A DNA stretch of 64,000 bases from Candidatus Bathyarchaeota archaeon (GCA_963720565.1 CAVRFW010000012.1:84984-148983); one strand, 5' to 3'. Shown: positions 33,594-45,487, numbered from the stretch's first letter. Notes: generated by a model not told the origin, from the letters alone. Translations and numbers: made by a program.

Positions 33594-34582
33594 GCCAAGA
33601 CGAGATCCTCAGGGTAGAGCATTTGAAAAAGTATTTTCCAGTTGAGAAGAGTTTTCTGGAGAAGACGTTCACTCGCAACAGACACTTTGTCAAGGCAGTT
33701 GATGACGTCAGTTTCAGCGTGTCTAAGGGCGAGATTTTTACGTTGGCTGGCGAAAGCGGATGCGGAAAAACCACAACGGGCAAACTCGCTGTCAGATTAA
33801 TCCCGCCTACGAGTGGAAAAATCTTCTTCGACGGCGCTGAAACCACCAGCCTTGACGATGAATCTTTGCGTGTGCTAAGAAGAAGAATGCAGATAATCTT
33901 TCAAGATCCCTATGCTTCGTTCAATCCTCGAATGAGAATAGGAGATGCCGTGGGGCATCCTCTTGAGATTCACGGAATAGCAGATCATGATGAAAAGAAG
34001 CAAACAGTCATGGAAATCCTAGACAGGGTAGGATTGTCGCCTCCTGAGAAGTTTTTGGATTTGTATCCTTACCAGATGAGTGGCGGTCAGAGACAGCGTG
34101 CTGCCATAGCGAGGGCTCTGATACTTCGACCAGAATTTGTTGTTGCAGACGAACCGGTTTCAATGATTGATGTATCGCTGAGAACAGCAATAATTGATCT
34201 GATGCTGAACCTTAGGAAAGACTTTGGGCTTACATATCTCTTCGTCACGCACGACTTGGCAGTGGCTAAGTACATTTCAGACAGGATAGCCATCATGTAT
34301 CTCGGAAGAATCGTTGAGATTGGAGACCGAGAGACAATATTCTCGGATCCCCTTCATCCGTATACGCAAGCTTTGCTTTCGGCGATACCGGTGCCCGTTC
34401 CGGAAAGAAAGCGTAAACACATTGCACTGCAAGGAGATGTTCCTTCGGCCATAGACATACCTTCAGGCTGTCGTTTCCACACGCGCTGCAGCTACGCAGA
34501 CAAAACATGCAAAGAAGCAGAACGAGAGCTTATTCCGGTCTCACCGAATCACTACGTAGCTTGTAGCCGATGCAAGAACTAG
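33590..34582 (+). CDS. dppF: Peptide ABC transporter ATPase
   Basis: GESGCGKT, SGGQRQR, DEPVSMID, GCRFHTRC. Confidence 0.93.
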   Translation: MSQDEILRVEHLKKYFPVEKSFLEKTFTRNRHFVKAVDDVSFSVSKGEIFTLAGESGCGKTTTGKLAVRLIPPTSGKIFFDGAETTSLDDESLRVLRRRMQIIFQDPYASFNPRMRIGDAVGHPLEIHGIADHDEKKQTVMEILDRVGLSPPEKFLDLYPYQMSGGQRQRAAIARALILRPEFVVADEPVSMIDVSLRTAIIDLMLNLRKDFGLTYLFVTHDLAVAKYISDRIAIMYLGRIVEIGDRETIFSDPLHPYTQALLSAIPVPVPERKRKHIALQGDVPSAIDIPSGCRFHTRCSYADKTCKEAERELIPVSPNHYVACSRCKN

Positions 34583-34793
34583 TGCGCTGTTGAGCAGTTG
34601 CGTCTTGGCAATTTGACGGTGAAATGAGTGGATAAGCAGTTTTAGGAACAGACTACTTCTTCCATTCTCTTGCCTTGTTCCGGCGCGTTTGGAAAGTAGT
34701 AACTTGAAAGTGATTTGCCGGGAAAAGATTATGAGTGAGCATGCGAAGAAGCATGTTGCGTCTTAACCGTTTTGGAAGAGGAACAATAGTTCG

Positions 34794-35063
34794 ATGAGCG
34801 TCATTGAAGATTATGTGGCGGGTATAGAGGGAACATGTGGCCAAGAAGGAAGTGTCATTGTAACATTCAAGTACGACAAGAAGGATGAAGCCTTGGCTAA
34901 GATACATAAAAGGGCCAAGCTGAAGAATTCTATTTCTGGAGTAATCTTTGAATTCGTTTTTCAGGGTTTTAGTTTTCGAGTGTTCCCAACTGGGAAAGCG
35001 ATTTTTAGCAGTGTCCCAAGCAAAGAAATGCTAAGAAGTATTCTCAAAAGCCTTCTTCTCTAA
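34794..35063 (+). CDS. Small hypothetical protein
   Basis: Clean 89-aa ORF. Confidence 0.6.
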   Translation: MSVIEDYVAGIEGTCGQEGSVIVTFKYDKKDEALAKIHKRAKLKNSISGVIFEFVFQGFSFRVFPTGKAIFSSVPSKEMLRSILKSLLL

Positions 35064-35089
35064 ACACTGAATTGCGTGTCCGCGGAGAG

Positions 35090-35812
35090 CTAGACTTGAG
35101 GATTACTTAACTTGGGTTTCAGGTTTGCCTCTTTAACGTCCATGTAGAGCCAGTTTCTCTTCCAAGCTTTTGTTTTTTCCTTGCGATCCTTCTTTTTGAA
35201 CTTGGCTATCTCAACACGCTCTTTGAACACTGGTGAGTCAACAACCATCGTGTGATACCCTTGTCCGTCTTCGCTGCAAACGTCTATTCCTTGCTTGTCC
35301 GCTAGTTCTTTCAATTCTTTGATAGAGTTCTTATCGAGTTCACGACCGAGCCACTCTTTGTTTATGAAGTCCAGGTTTATGCAGTTCATGATGGGTCTGA
35401 TGCCTGCATTTATTTCCTCTTTCAGAACATCGTAGGTATCCTTTGACGGGTTTTCGTTAGGCATCATCAGCTTCAGGCCCAGCTGTTCACACATTGTGTC
35501 ATAGTACGTTTGATGTATTTGCGCACAGCCTGCACCCTTAATATCTCCCACTACGACGCCTTCAATTCCTTCTTCTCTAGTAAGGCGGGCAAGTATTGCA
35601 AGGATATCTTCGTACGCTTTTCTGATTTTAACTTTCATAAGAGGAGTTCCAAGAGTCTTGGATTGGAGTTCCATTATTTTGAAGCTGTGGAAAATGTAGG
35701 GTTCAGCGTACATGTAAGAGAGAAGGTATTTCACTTCGTGACCTTGAGATAAGACCTTCTGATATGCTAAGCAACATTCCTTTCCGCCGCTCCAGTGAAT
35801 AGCAACCTTCAT
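35090..35812 (-). CDS. Diphthine-ammonia ligase / MJ0570-like ATP pyrophosphatase family
   Basis: WSGGKE PP-loop variant, GVVVGDI, WLGREL, YHTMVVDSPVF. Confidence 0.8.
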   Translation of the reverse strand: MKVAIHWSGGKECCLAYQKVLSQGHEVKYLLSYMYAEPYIFHSFKIMELQSKTLGTPLMKVKIRKAYEDILAILARLTREEGIEGVVVGDIKGAGCAQIHQTYYDTMCEQLGLKLMMPNENPSKDTYDVLKEEINAGIRPIMNCINLDFINKEWLGRELDKNSIKELKELADKQGIDVCSEDGQGYHTMVVDSPVFKERVEIAKFKKKDRKEKTKAWKRNWLYMDVKEANLKPKLSNPQV

Positions 35813-36087
35813 TTAGCCAATTCAACCTTGAAGGGCAAAAACACTTTTGGCTAATAAGCCTTCTGCAATTGCGTTGGTCGGCAACAGCGCGCGTTGGAAG
35901 TACCGGGTTAGTTCTTCAGAGATATGCATGTTTGATTTTTGAGTCTGTCATTGACCAGCGGTGTTACTGGTTTCTTGGTCAAGGCAGCGTATTACATGTG
36001 GTACCGACATGGCAACTTTTTCATTAGCGCGCTGAGAAAGTATTTAGATACTTTGAGGTGACTATTTCTAAAGAAGAAGGAGATAAT

Positions 36088-37517
36088 ATGGTCAAGGTTG
36101 TTTTTGTTGAGCCACCCAAAGACTACTGGTTTGTTATGGGTGAATACCTTCCGCCCCCCTATGGACTTCTTCAGCTCGCAGGTTATTTAGAAACGAAGAT
36201 GCCCGAAGTCGAGATCGAAGTCTTAGATTGTCAGGCCCTGTCTCTGGATTGGAAGGGTTTAGAAAGAAAGCTGGAGACTTCTGATCCTGATGTTGTTGCA
36301 ACAAGCGGTTTTGCCACGTGTAATGTGTATGTTGCTGCAAGAACCTTTGAAACCGCAAAGAAACTAAAACCAGAAGTGCTCACAGTTGCCGGAGGGCAAC
36401 ACTTCACAGCCACCGCTCAAGAAAGCCTTGAGCAGTACCCGGAAATTGACGTTGTAGTCAGGGGAGAGGGAGAAGAAACGCTAGTTCAACTGGTTAAGGC
36501 CGTAGATGAAAAAAGGGTTTTCTCTGGAATAGAGGGCGTTTCTTTCAGGAATGCGGACAGGATTCTGCACAATTCTCCTCGTTCTCTTCATCGGTAATCT
36601 GGATAATTTGCCTTTTCCAGGGTATCATTTTGTTAAGGACTACGCGCACCGTTATCATTTCGCGATGATGGCTGGCTCTGATGCGAGGTATGGAATGGTT
36701 GAGGCTTCAAGGGGATGTTCGCATCACTGCACGTTTTGTTCACAGTGGAAGCATTGGCAAGGCTCGTGTAGGCACAAATCCGTGAAACGTGTGGCCGACG
36801 AGATCGAGTTTCTCTACAACAACTACGGGAGCAGACTTCTTTGGCTTGACCGATGACAATTTTGGGTTTGGTCCGCGAATGGAGAATCTGTGTGATGAGC
36901 TGATTGGGCGTGGTTTTTCGGACGATATTACTTGTTTCATGCAGGCTCGGGTTGATGATGTTGTTCGAAATTCGCATCTTCTGCCAAAAATGAGCAGAGC
37001 AGGAATCAACTGGTTACTTCTTGGAGTGGAGAGCGGTAGCCAAAGCAATCTTGATGGTTTCCGCAAGGGCACTAAGCCTGAAGAGGCGGTTGATGCCGTA
37101 CGATTGTTGAAACAGAATGGCATATTCTCTCAAGCATCATGCATAATCGGAAACCGCCAGGACTCCAGTGATTCAATCGAGAATTTGAGGGAATTTGTCA
37201 ATGGGTTGGATCCTGACCTTGCAATTTTCATGATTCTGACGCCTTTTCCTGGAACGGACCTATATGAGGAGGCAAAACTCAAGGGTTGGATAGAGAACTG
37301 GAACTGGGCTGATTATGACATGATCCACGCCATAATGCCGACGGAATCCTTGAGCATAGAGCAGTTGCAGCATGAGCTCTACAGGTGCTATCGTGGCTTT
37401 TTCGGGTCTTGGAGCAGGGTAGCAGAAGGCTTTTTCTCGAAAAACAGCGCAAAAAGGAGAGTTTACAGATATTTTGCGCGGCAGAGTGTTCTAAGACAGT
37501 TAAAGAATCTGGTTTGA
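36088..37517 (+). CDS. B12-binding radical SAM protein (two frameshifts)
   Basis: PPYGLLQLA, VAGGQHFT, RGEGE, SRGCSHHCTFC, DDNF, GVESGS, TPFPGT. Confidence 0.92.
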
Positions 37518-37530
37518 GGATGATTGTTAC

Positions 37531-38304
37531 TTGATTTTAAAGATCAAGAACCGTCGTGACCTGACTCTAATTTTCTTAACGCTATCTTCAATATTCGGTC
37601 TGGTTCTATCCCTCTTGTTTGTTGGATACCCTCCTATTCTTGGAGACGATTGGGCATTTCGCAGTTTGATTGCGGGATCTGCGTTTTGTGCAGTGTGCAT
37701 CTTGGGAATCTTTGCTGCCCTTTTTCCCCGTTCATGTTCAAAGATGCCGAGTTTTGGGAAAAGCAATGGAGACCAAGAGAACCGTTCTTTAATCCACGAA
37801 AAGAATTTGCGTGCACACCATCCCCTATGCGGTAACTATTCTACCCACATCTTGCATATCGGCAATAGAAGACTGTGTGCAACTTGCACGGGGCTTTCGG
37901 TTGGCGCCTTCGGCGTTATCGTTGGCACGATTATGTATTTCTTCGGAGGCTTTCGCGTTGGAGCGCCGCATGTGTTGGTGCTGATAGGAGGGTTGGCTGT
38001 CATTGCAGGTTTATTGCAGTCTGCACTGCCAAAGCTAAGCAACGGTTATGCTAGGTTTTTCTTTAGCATCATCTTCGTTTCAGGATGTTTTCTTATGATA
38101 GTCGGTTTGGATGCAGCGGTCGAGAGTATCACAATTGACCTCTTCTTTGTCGCTCTTTCTATACTCCTGATTATGACGAAGATAGCCTTCTCCCAGCGGA
38201 TCATCTCGAGACGTGCTCAAACTGCTCAATGGAATCTTGCAAACCAGACAGAAAGTAAGGGCGGCGTTAAGGGTTTGTTTTGGAACGAGTTATTTTGTAA
38301 ATAG
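37531..38304 (+). CDS. Cys/His-containing membrane protein
   Basis: Multiple TMs, HHPLC and LCATCTG motifs; 3' end probably frameshifted. Confidence 0.65.
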   Translation: MILKIKNRRDLTLIFLTLSSIFGLVLSLLFVGYPPILGDDWAFRSLIAGSAFCAVCILGIFAALFPRSCSKMPSFGKSNGDQENRSLIHEKNLRAHHPLCGNYSTHILHIGNRRLCATCTGLSVGAFGVIVGTIMYFFGGFRVGAPHVLVLIGGLAVIAGLLQSALPKLSNGYARFFFSIIFVSGCFLMIVGLDAAVESITIDLFFVALSILLIMTKIAFSQRIISRRAQTAQWNLANQTESKGGVKGLFWNELFCK

Positions 38305-38599
38305 CGCCTGCAATCATCAAAACGCCGAAGACTATAATAATTAACCACCAGAAATTAACCGTCTGAGATAACCATCCAGTTTGCTGAAGCAGCATAGAAA
38401 CTCCCCACAGCAGTATTATCATGCCGACTACGATTCCAGCGATTGAGCCGCCGTGAGGAAGACCAAAACATTCTTGTTCCGCTTTTCTGCGTTCATATCG
38501 ACGCGAAGCAACGGTACCGGTTATCAGTCCTGCCCCACATTTCACGCAAAATTCCGCAGTGTCCTCATTCTTAGTGCCACATTTCGGGCAATATACCAT
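38267..38599 (-). CDS. Zinc-ribbon membrane protein
   Basis: YCPKCG...FCVKCG plus two TMs. Confidence 0.85.
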   Translation of the reverse strand: MVYCPKCGTKNEDTAEFCVKCGAGLITGTVASRRYERRKAEQECFGLPHGGSIAGIVVGMIILLWGVSMLLQQTGWLSQTVNFWWLIIIVFGVLMIAGAIYKITRSKTNP

Positions 38600-38911
38600 T
38601 TTTTCACCCGTTAATGGATTTTGTTAAGGTTTGTTAATAAAACTTTTGTCACATTGGCGCCAAGTTGTTTTGCACGCTCTGCAACCTTCTGCGAGCATAA
38701 ACGCGCTACCTTACACTTCTCCAAGGATTTGAATCTGAAGTTCGGCTAGCGCATCTGCGGATTTAACCCAAATTAAACAAACTGCATAATCCGTCTAATA
38801 GTATGAAAAAATAGAACTTTCTCACCCCGGCGCGTGCAATTTCTGGAGGAAAAGCTTTCCCAAGCGAAAAATTCAAGTGCAACCATCAGAATACCTTCTT
38901 CTTGTGAGAGT

Positions 38912-39121
38912 ATGCACGTAGTCAAAATTGTAGAGCTGATAGGTTCTTCACCTCAAGGTTGGCAAGAGGCAACACAGGCCGCACTTAATGAAGCTGCCAA
39001 GACAGTCAAAAACATAAAGGGCATTCACGTAAAAAGATGCACTGCCAAAGTGCAAAACAACAAGATTGTGGAGTACAGAGCAGTAGTCAAAATAGCTTTT
39101 GCAGTAGAGCACGAGCGTTAG
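38912..39121 (+). CDS. Dodecin family protein
   Basis: KIVELIGSSPQGWQEA, EAAKTV, EYRAVVKIAF. Confidence 0.88.
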   Translation: MHVVKIVELIGSSPQGWQEATQAALNEAAKTVKNIKGIHVKRCTAKVQNNKIVEYRAVVKIAFAVEHER

Positions 39122-39611
39122 AATCTTCCATTTTCTTTTCTTAGTTCTTGCTTATTACGTTTGACTAGTATACAGTGAAGTAGTCAGAGTAGATGGTATA
39201 ACCGTGAATGTTAAGTGCTAAGCGGTAATTTTCTGAGGGCAAAGCGGTGCTAAAGCTCAAAGTCACGTTTTTTGTGAATTAGCTGGCAGAATACATACAA
39301 TAAATCGTTGCACTGAATGCCCACTCCCATCGCGCGCGCTCATATTGCAGGTACCAAATTGCCTTGCTTATGTTCTCAGGTGCCTTGTCAACGGTTTTTT
39401 CATTACTGCTGCTCATGGGTGTTCAGGTTTTCTCATCTTCGCCAAGTTTCATCGTTTTGCTTGCCATGGGTTTTACAGGTGTGGCTAACCTCATTTGCGG
39501 TTTGCTCTTGCTTGCCTCAGAATAACTGGATTTTTGAAGACTTTTCGTTTTAACCGTAGTGCGGGGTCTAGATCAGGAACAGACAAGAAGCGGGTTGGAC
39601 GCCAACTCGCT

Positions 39612-42326
39612 TCATCGCCTTGCTGCTTTGCTAATGACGAATTTCCTCAGTTCCTCAGCGATAAAGACCGAACTTGAAACGAGAATTACCAACAGCCAGT
39701 CCCAAACTGAGAGCGAAGTTGTGCCCAAGGCACTCTGCAATGGAGGAAAAACAGTCGCCAACACCTGCAGTGAAACGGAGGCGGCAAGCCCTGCCAACAG
39801 GTATTTGTTGGTAGTCAAACCAATCTTGAATACAGAAGTTGTCCTTGACCGGCAATTCACTGCATTGAAAATTTGAAACATCGCTATGACGGTGAAAGCT
39901 ATGGTCTGAGCCCTTTGAAGGTTTCCATTGTTCAATTCACTTGTGAAAAGCCCCAAGGTTCCAATTGCCATGAAGACACTCACGTAGACAATATTCAATA
40001 TCATGTCCCGGTTGATTATTCTCTCCTTAGGTTTTCTAGGAGGCATATCCATAACACCTTTTTCCTTAGGCTCCATAGCGAGGAACTTATCTAGCAAACC
40101 ATCAGTCACCAAGTTGACCCATAGTATCTGAACTGGCGTGAAAATAAGGGGAACACCTGGCAGAAGAACCAATGCAGCCAGCATCGTAACGATTTCCCCG
40201 GTATTGGTTGAGATGAGGTACTTAACGACTTTCCTTATATTCTCAAAAACCACACGCCCCTCTTCCACAGCGCTAACTATGCTTGCAAAATTGTCATCCG
40301 TTAAAACCATATCAGCAGTCTCTTTCGTCACGTCGGTTCCCGTTATGCCCATTGCAACGCCGATTTCCGCTGTCTTTAGAGCCGGAGCATCGTTGACTCC
40401 GTCTCCTGTCATGGCAACTATGTGACCTTTCCTTCGCAAAGACTCGACGATTCGATACTTATTTGTCGGAGACACACGAGCAAACACAGATGTCTCATTT
40501 ATGACTGCATCCAATTCCTCATCAGACAAACCGTCAAGGTCAGCACCGCTGAGGGCCTGCGTCTCTTTCTCCAAAATGCCTATTTCTTTAGCAATGGCAA
40601 TTGCGGTAATCTTGTGATCGCCTGTCGCCATTACTACCTTGATACCTGCATTCTTGCAAAGCGAAATCGCAGATTTAGCCTCGGCTCTTGGCGGGTCAAT
40701 CATTCCTGCCAGCCCAATAAAAACCAGTTGGGCTTTGCCACGTTGGATATCGAACTTGATGTTGTCAATTTCACTCTTGTCAAAAGTTAAATAAGCAATT
40801 CCTAGTACTCTCAGAGCTTCACTGGCCATATGCGTGCTGACTGCCAAAAGCTCTTTTTTCTTTTGACGTGTTAGCGATTTCACTTGGTCGACTTGAATAT
40901 CACTACACATTTCAAGGACGGTTTCCGGAGCGCCTTTAACATAGACGCTGAGTTTTTCCTTCGAGATTTCATGGAAAGTAGCCATGTATCTATCCTTTGA
41001 GTCAAAGGGAATCTCGTCAATGCGTGGATATTTTTCCTCTAGAGTGTCTTTTTGGAATCCCGCTTTTGCTGCGGCGACGATCAGCGCTCCTTCGGTTGGG
41101 TCGCCATAGATTTCCCATCGACTGTCTCTATCGGTCTTATGCTGTCTTAGTCTTGTATCGTTGCAGAGAACAGCAGCTTGAAGCAATAAACTCAACGATT
41201 CATCCTTGGCTGCATCTACCTTGTTGCCATCTAATTCGAAGTCTCCATGCGGATAGTATCCTACACCCGTAACGCTGACCAATCTGTTGTTTGCGAATAT
41301 CTGTTGGGTAGTCATCTGATTCGTAGTCAACGTTCCAGTCTTGTCAGTACAAATCACAGTGGCCGAACCCAAAGTGTCAACAGCCTGCAACTTCCGGATA
41401 ATGGCGTTCCGCTTAGCCATCCTGTGAACACCAATGGCTAATGTAATGGTGATCACGACAGGAAGCCCCTCTGGAATAGCCGAGACCGCTGCCGCTAAAA
41501 CGAACAAGAACGCCTCGAGAAACTCAAACCCGCGCAGCAGGCTAATTGCTAAAATTAAGCCACTTGCCACCAGCGCGAATAATCCTAGCTTCTTGCTGAG
41601 GTCTGCGGTCTGCTTTTGAATCGGAGTAGCAGCCTTCTCAGTCTCCTTGATCAGTCTGGCTATTTTGCCAATTTCCGTTTTCATGCCTGTTGACGCAACA
41701 ACAGCTTTCCCTCTTCCACGGGTAACCATGGTCCCAGAAAACGCCATGTTCACCCTGTCAGCCACTGCCAAGTCCCTTTCAAGGGGGCTATTCGTTTTCT
41801 TCACGGGAAGCGATTCGCCTGTTAGCATGGATTCGTCGATTTCAAGATTCATCGCCTCTAGAACGCGGGCATCAGCTGGAACCTTCGTCCCAGCTTCCAA
41901 CGCTATTACGTCGCCAACTACGATTTCTTTCGCCTTGATGCGCATCTCAATGGCATTTCGAACTACCTCGGCCTCGGGGGCAGCCAAAGTTTTCAAGGCT
42001 TGAAGAGCTGCCTCCGCCTTGTATTCCTGGAAGAAACCTATGATAGCATTAAGAGCTATAACGACGATTATGACTATCATATCGATGTATTCGTCAACGA
42101 AAAACGAAATCAAAGCTGCAACGACAGAACTGCGACTAGGGGACTCCGCAATTGACCTATAAGCATGCCAAGTTTTGATGATTTGGCTTCTTCTTCCAGC
42201 TCGTTTGCACCATGAATCTGAAATCGATTGTTTGCTTCAGCTGACAGTTAAACCTTGTCTGCTTGTTTCCAGTTTCAAGAGAACCTGCTCGACTTCTATA
42301 GAATGCCAGGCTTCTTCTCCGCTCAA
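39612..42326 (-). CDS. P-type cation (Ca2+-type, IIA) ATPase (frameshifts in 5' part)
   Basis: TGES, PEGL, DKTGTLT, KGAPE, DPPR, TGDGVNDAP; N-terminus LSGEEAWHS reconstructed. Confidence 0.95.
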
Positions 42327-42425
42327 AGTAGCTCCCCCTGCCACGTGACTCCCAGGGTTAATCGGGAAATACGTAATAAAATTTGCGCCACTATCAGCTT
42401 ATCACATTTGCGGGGCGATTGGTGC

Positions 42426-43175
42426 TTAGGTTAGCAGGACAAAGACGTAGATTGCTAATCCTCCGATTAGGTACAAGAAGGGGTTGTCCCAGGTGTGGGG
42501 TGAGTATGCTTCGGTTATGGTCATGAGTAATGGCAAGATTGCGAGTAGGCATAGTAGCGTGTTCGAAGAAAAGAGATTGCGAGAAATACTTAAGGCTATA
42601 ATAGTTGTTAGAAAAACCATTGTGCTTCCTTCGTAACTGCGTGTGTAAACGCGGTTTCCAATCATGTCTTTAGTTTGGTACTTGTGTTTTCCGAAGCGGA
42701 CGCCGATTGGTTCAGCTAAGCCATCGCCGAACGCGGTAATTAGTAAGGGGAGAGCTAGCAAGTCAAGCGGCATTCCTGAGAGTCCGTACAGGTAAGCTAC
42801 GGTGATGAGTGCGATGTTCATGCCGATGATTTGGGTTGTAGCTAGCCTGACTGTATGTGGTCTGTCTTCTGGGCGGTCGTACGAGAGAGAAAGAAAATTG
42901 ATGAATCGGACGCGCTTTCTTATTGGTTCGATGAAGATTAGGGATTCTGCGAAAGATAGAGAACCTGATATGATGAAGTACTCGATGCTGTAATTGAAGA
43001 AAGTTCGGTTAATTAATAGAGTAGAAAGCAATTGAGAAAAATGGATCACTTTTCTGGAATAGTTTACCTTGAGCCTATCCTGTTTAACCAGATAGCTGGT
43101 TACGCATTGAATCGCTAGCAGACCTATGAGTCGGATTGTTTCGAGGATAGGCCAGCTCTGTAATGGTAAAGACAT
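42426..43175 (-). CDS. CTP-dependent polyprenol/phytol/diacylglycerol kinase family
   Basis: RKVIH, GDGLAEPIGVRFG, RSYEGS, WDN. Confidence 0.8.
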   Translation of the reverse strand: MSLPLQSWPILETIRLIGLLAIQCVTSYLVKQDRLKVNYSRKVIHFSQLLSTLLINRTFFNYSIEYFIISGSLSFAESLIFIEPIRKRVRFINFLSLSYDRPEDRPHTVRLATTQIIGMNIALITVAYLYGLSGMPLDLLALPLLITAFGDGLAEPIGVRFGKHKYQTKDMIGNRVYTRSYEGSTMVFLTTIIALSISRNLFSSNTLLCLLAILPLLMTITEAYSPHTWDNPFLYLIGGLAIYVFVLLT

Positions 43176-43305
43176 TTCCCAGCCAAAATGCTTTAGGCTT
43201 TAATTAAGTTATTTCAAATTTGCACCCGAATTTTCCTTCAACTACTGCCTTGCTCTAGTACCTCCGAGAGTGCGCTTTCGTCTGGCTCGAGTTTTGGGCT
43301 CTTTC

Positions 43306-44538
43306 TTAAGCTGTGCTGCAGGTTTTTGGAGTTGTGATTGCAGTCGCATATTCTTTTTCATTGAAATACTTGTTTGCGACTTTTGTAATGTCTTGTTGGG
43401 ATAATGATTTTATTTTGTCTACGTATTGATTTAGGATGCTTTCGTTCTCAAAGTAGAGTTCTGAGTCTGTCATTATTCGCGGTAGGGTATGTGGGCTGTC
43501 GATTGACCTGAAGACGTCGCCTAAAACAAGGTTCTTGCATTTTTCTATCTCATCAACTGGCACTGGATTATTTTTTAGTTTTTGAAGCTCTTTCTGAATT
43601 ATGGTTTGAGTTTGTTTTAGTGATTTTGTTTTAACGGCGCAGTTCACTGAGAAATAGCCAAAATCCAAGCCGGACACATTAACTGAGTCAAAGTCATAAG
43701 TCAGCGGTCTTTTCTCTAACTCAACAAATAGCCTAGAGCTTTCGCCTATCCCCAATATCGCGTTCATCAATTCAATAGCAGGGATATCAGCACTCTTCGC
43801 CTGAGCGGTTTTAAAACCAAAACTCAGGTAAGCCTGAGTTATGCCTGATCTTCTCATTAATGCTTCCGTCTTGGGTTTTCCATCTTCAATGTTTCTTTTG
43901 GGTCTCGATATTGGATTGCTACTGTCTCTTTCCTGAAAGTCTTCAAACAATAAATTGGCGTCTCTGTCTGAAAACTTACCCGTGAGTGTCAAAATCATAT
44001 TTCGGGGAGAATAATACTTTTCATGGGCTTTTCTTATCTTACTAAGCGTTATTTGCCTCACTGTCTTTTTTGTTCCTAAAATCGGATTTTTTGCGGGATG
44101 CTTTCGGAAAAGGCATTTGAGCAATGTTTCTTCAGTTTTATCCCATGGGTCATCGGAAGCTTCGGAAATCTCATTAAGTATTATTTTGCGCTCATGTTCA
44201 AGCTTTTCTCTTTCGAATGTGCTGTCAAACAGTAGTCCTGAAAGGACATTTGAAGCCTCAGGCAATCTTTCAGGGAAAACATCCACAATGCTAAAAGTGC
44301 ATTCTCTTGATGTTTCGAAATTTGAGGCGCCTCCTATCTTCTCGATTTCATGGATAAGCGCTATCCTCTTTTGGGATCCGCCTACCAACATGTGTTCAAG
44401 GAAGTGGGAGGTTCCGATTTCGTCTTCAGAATCATCGTTTGAACCGTATTTTACCGCTAAGGAAAGCTGCGCGGTCAATGCATATGGACGCTGATACAAC
44501 AAAACTATCAAGCCATTGGGAGAATCTCTCGTTGCCAA
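43306..44538 (-). CDS. M16 family zinc peptidase
   Basis: Inverted zinc motif HFLEH, SSRLF. Confidence 0.9.
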   Translation of the reverse strand: MATRDSPNGLIVLLYQRPYALTAQLSLAVKYGSNDDSEDEIGTSHFLEHMLVGGSQKRIALIHEIEKIGGASNFETSRECTFSIVDVFPERLPEASNVLSGLLFDSTFEREKLEHERKIILNEISEASDDPWDKTEETLLKCLFRKHPAKNPILGTKKTVRQITLSKIRKAHEKYYSPRNMILTLTGKFSDRDANLLFEDFQERDSSNPISRPKRNIEDGKPKTEALMRRSGITQAYLSFGFKTAQAKSADIPAIELMNAILGIGESSRLFVELEKRPLTYDFDSVNVSGLDFGYFSVNCAVKTKSLKQTQTIIQKELQKLKNNPVPVDEIEKCKNLVLGDVFRSIDSPHTLPRIMTDSELYFENESILNQYVDKIKSLSQQDITKVANKYFNEKEYATAITTPKTCSTA

Positions 44539-44667
44539 GAAAGACTGCCGTTCATGGGTGCAAAAAGGTGTTTCTCTCTAAAATATCTTCGACGCTCCCC
44601 GCGTTGCAAATAACTTGCATGTTGGGTCTCCAGATTTTAAGCGAGTTAGAGGAGTAAACAGTGCACT

Positions 44668-44871
44668 TACCCTCCGTCTCCAACCTCCTTTGCTACAAAC
44701 CCGGCAAAGAGCTCAATGAGACTGTCTAAGCCAGAAGGTGAGTCGAGCAACACTACTGGATAACAACGCTGCCCAAAGGGCAACGCCAGCCTCAAGAATG
44801 TTCCATAATTCGCCAATCCAGACGAGGATCAATGCTTTTTTACGAAGGGAATTGGTTTTCAAAGTTAACAT
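44668..44871 (-). pseudogene. 5' fragment of a CDF-type cation transporter
   Basis: Manual translation ...WNILEAGVALWAALLSSSVA..GLDSLIELFAG, then abrupt end. Confidence 0.6.
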
Positions 44872-44983
44872 TCATCGCCTTAGCTTTGATTTCACATTTA
44901 CACTGAAGAAGATTTGGTCTCCCACTTGGAGTGCTTGGATTTGGGGAGTGAAAACCTTACTTAGGAACCAACCACTTTATTAG

Positions 44984-44998
44984 TATAATGGCGTTATA
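44984..44998. promoter_or_regulatory. Palindromic operator copy 1
   Basis: TATAAT-GGC-GTTATA upstream of the HTH gene. Confidence 0.55.
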
Positions 44999-45019
44999 TT
45001 TTCGCTGAATCGAAAATCG

Positions 45020-45379
45020 AGCTACCCGATGTGAGACTATTGGAAAATACGTTGTTCCCGTCTTGGGATCCCTAGTAGCGAAGGAGCTGGTCCAAACGTA
45101 TCATCTAACGCAGACAGAAGCCGCTGAGAAACTGGGGACCACCCAAACCGCGATAAGTCAATACGTTAATTCAAAGCGCGCAACAAAAAGCATACGAGCA
45201 ATTCGGCGACATCATGCCAAGAATTCAAGCCATGGCCATAATAAGTGCCGGAGTCCTCGCAACAAGAGAAACAGGACAACAAGAAAGAAGTCACATCGGA
45301 CTCCTGCAGACTATTCTCATCCCTTTTCAATCCGGAACCGGGCAAGAAAGGCGACGACTCTCGGATATGAACCTTGAGT
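45020..45379 (+). CDS. Archaeal XRE-type HTH regulator (frameshifted, ends approximate)
   Basis: CETIGKYVVP..., VAKELV, LTQTEAAEKLGTTQTAISQY. Confidence 0.75.
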
Positions 45380-45456
45380 TTTCCTCGCTCTTCTTAAATA
45401 ATTTTCTATCAATCTTGCAAGAAAGGTTATTAAAGGTTTTATAACACCTCTTGCAT

Positions 45457-45471
45457 CATAACAGCGTTATA
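45457..45471. promoter_or_regulatory. Palindromic operator copy 2
   Basis: CATAAC-AGC-GTTATA upstream of cysK; half-site TATAACAC at 45440. Confidence 0.6.
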
Positions 45472-45487
45472 AAGAGGCTGGTGACGG

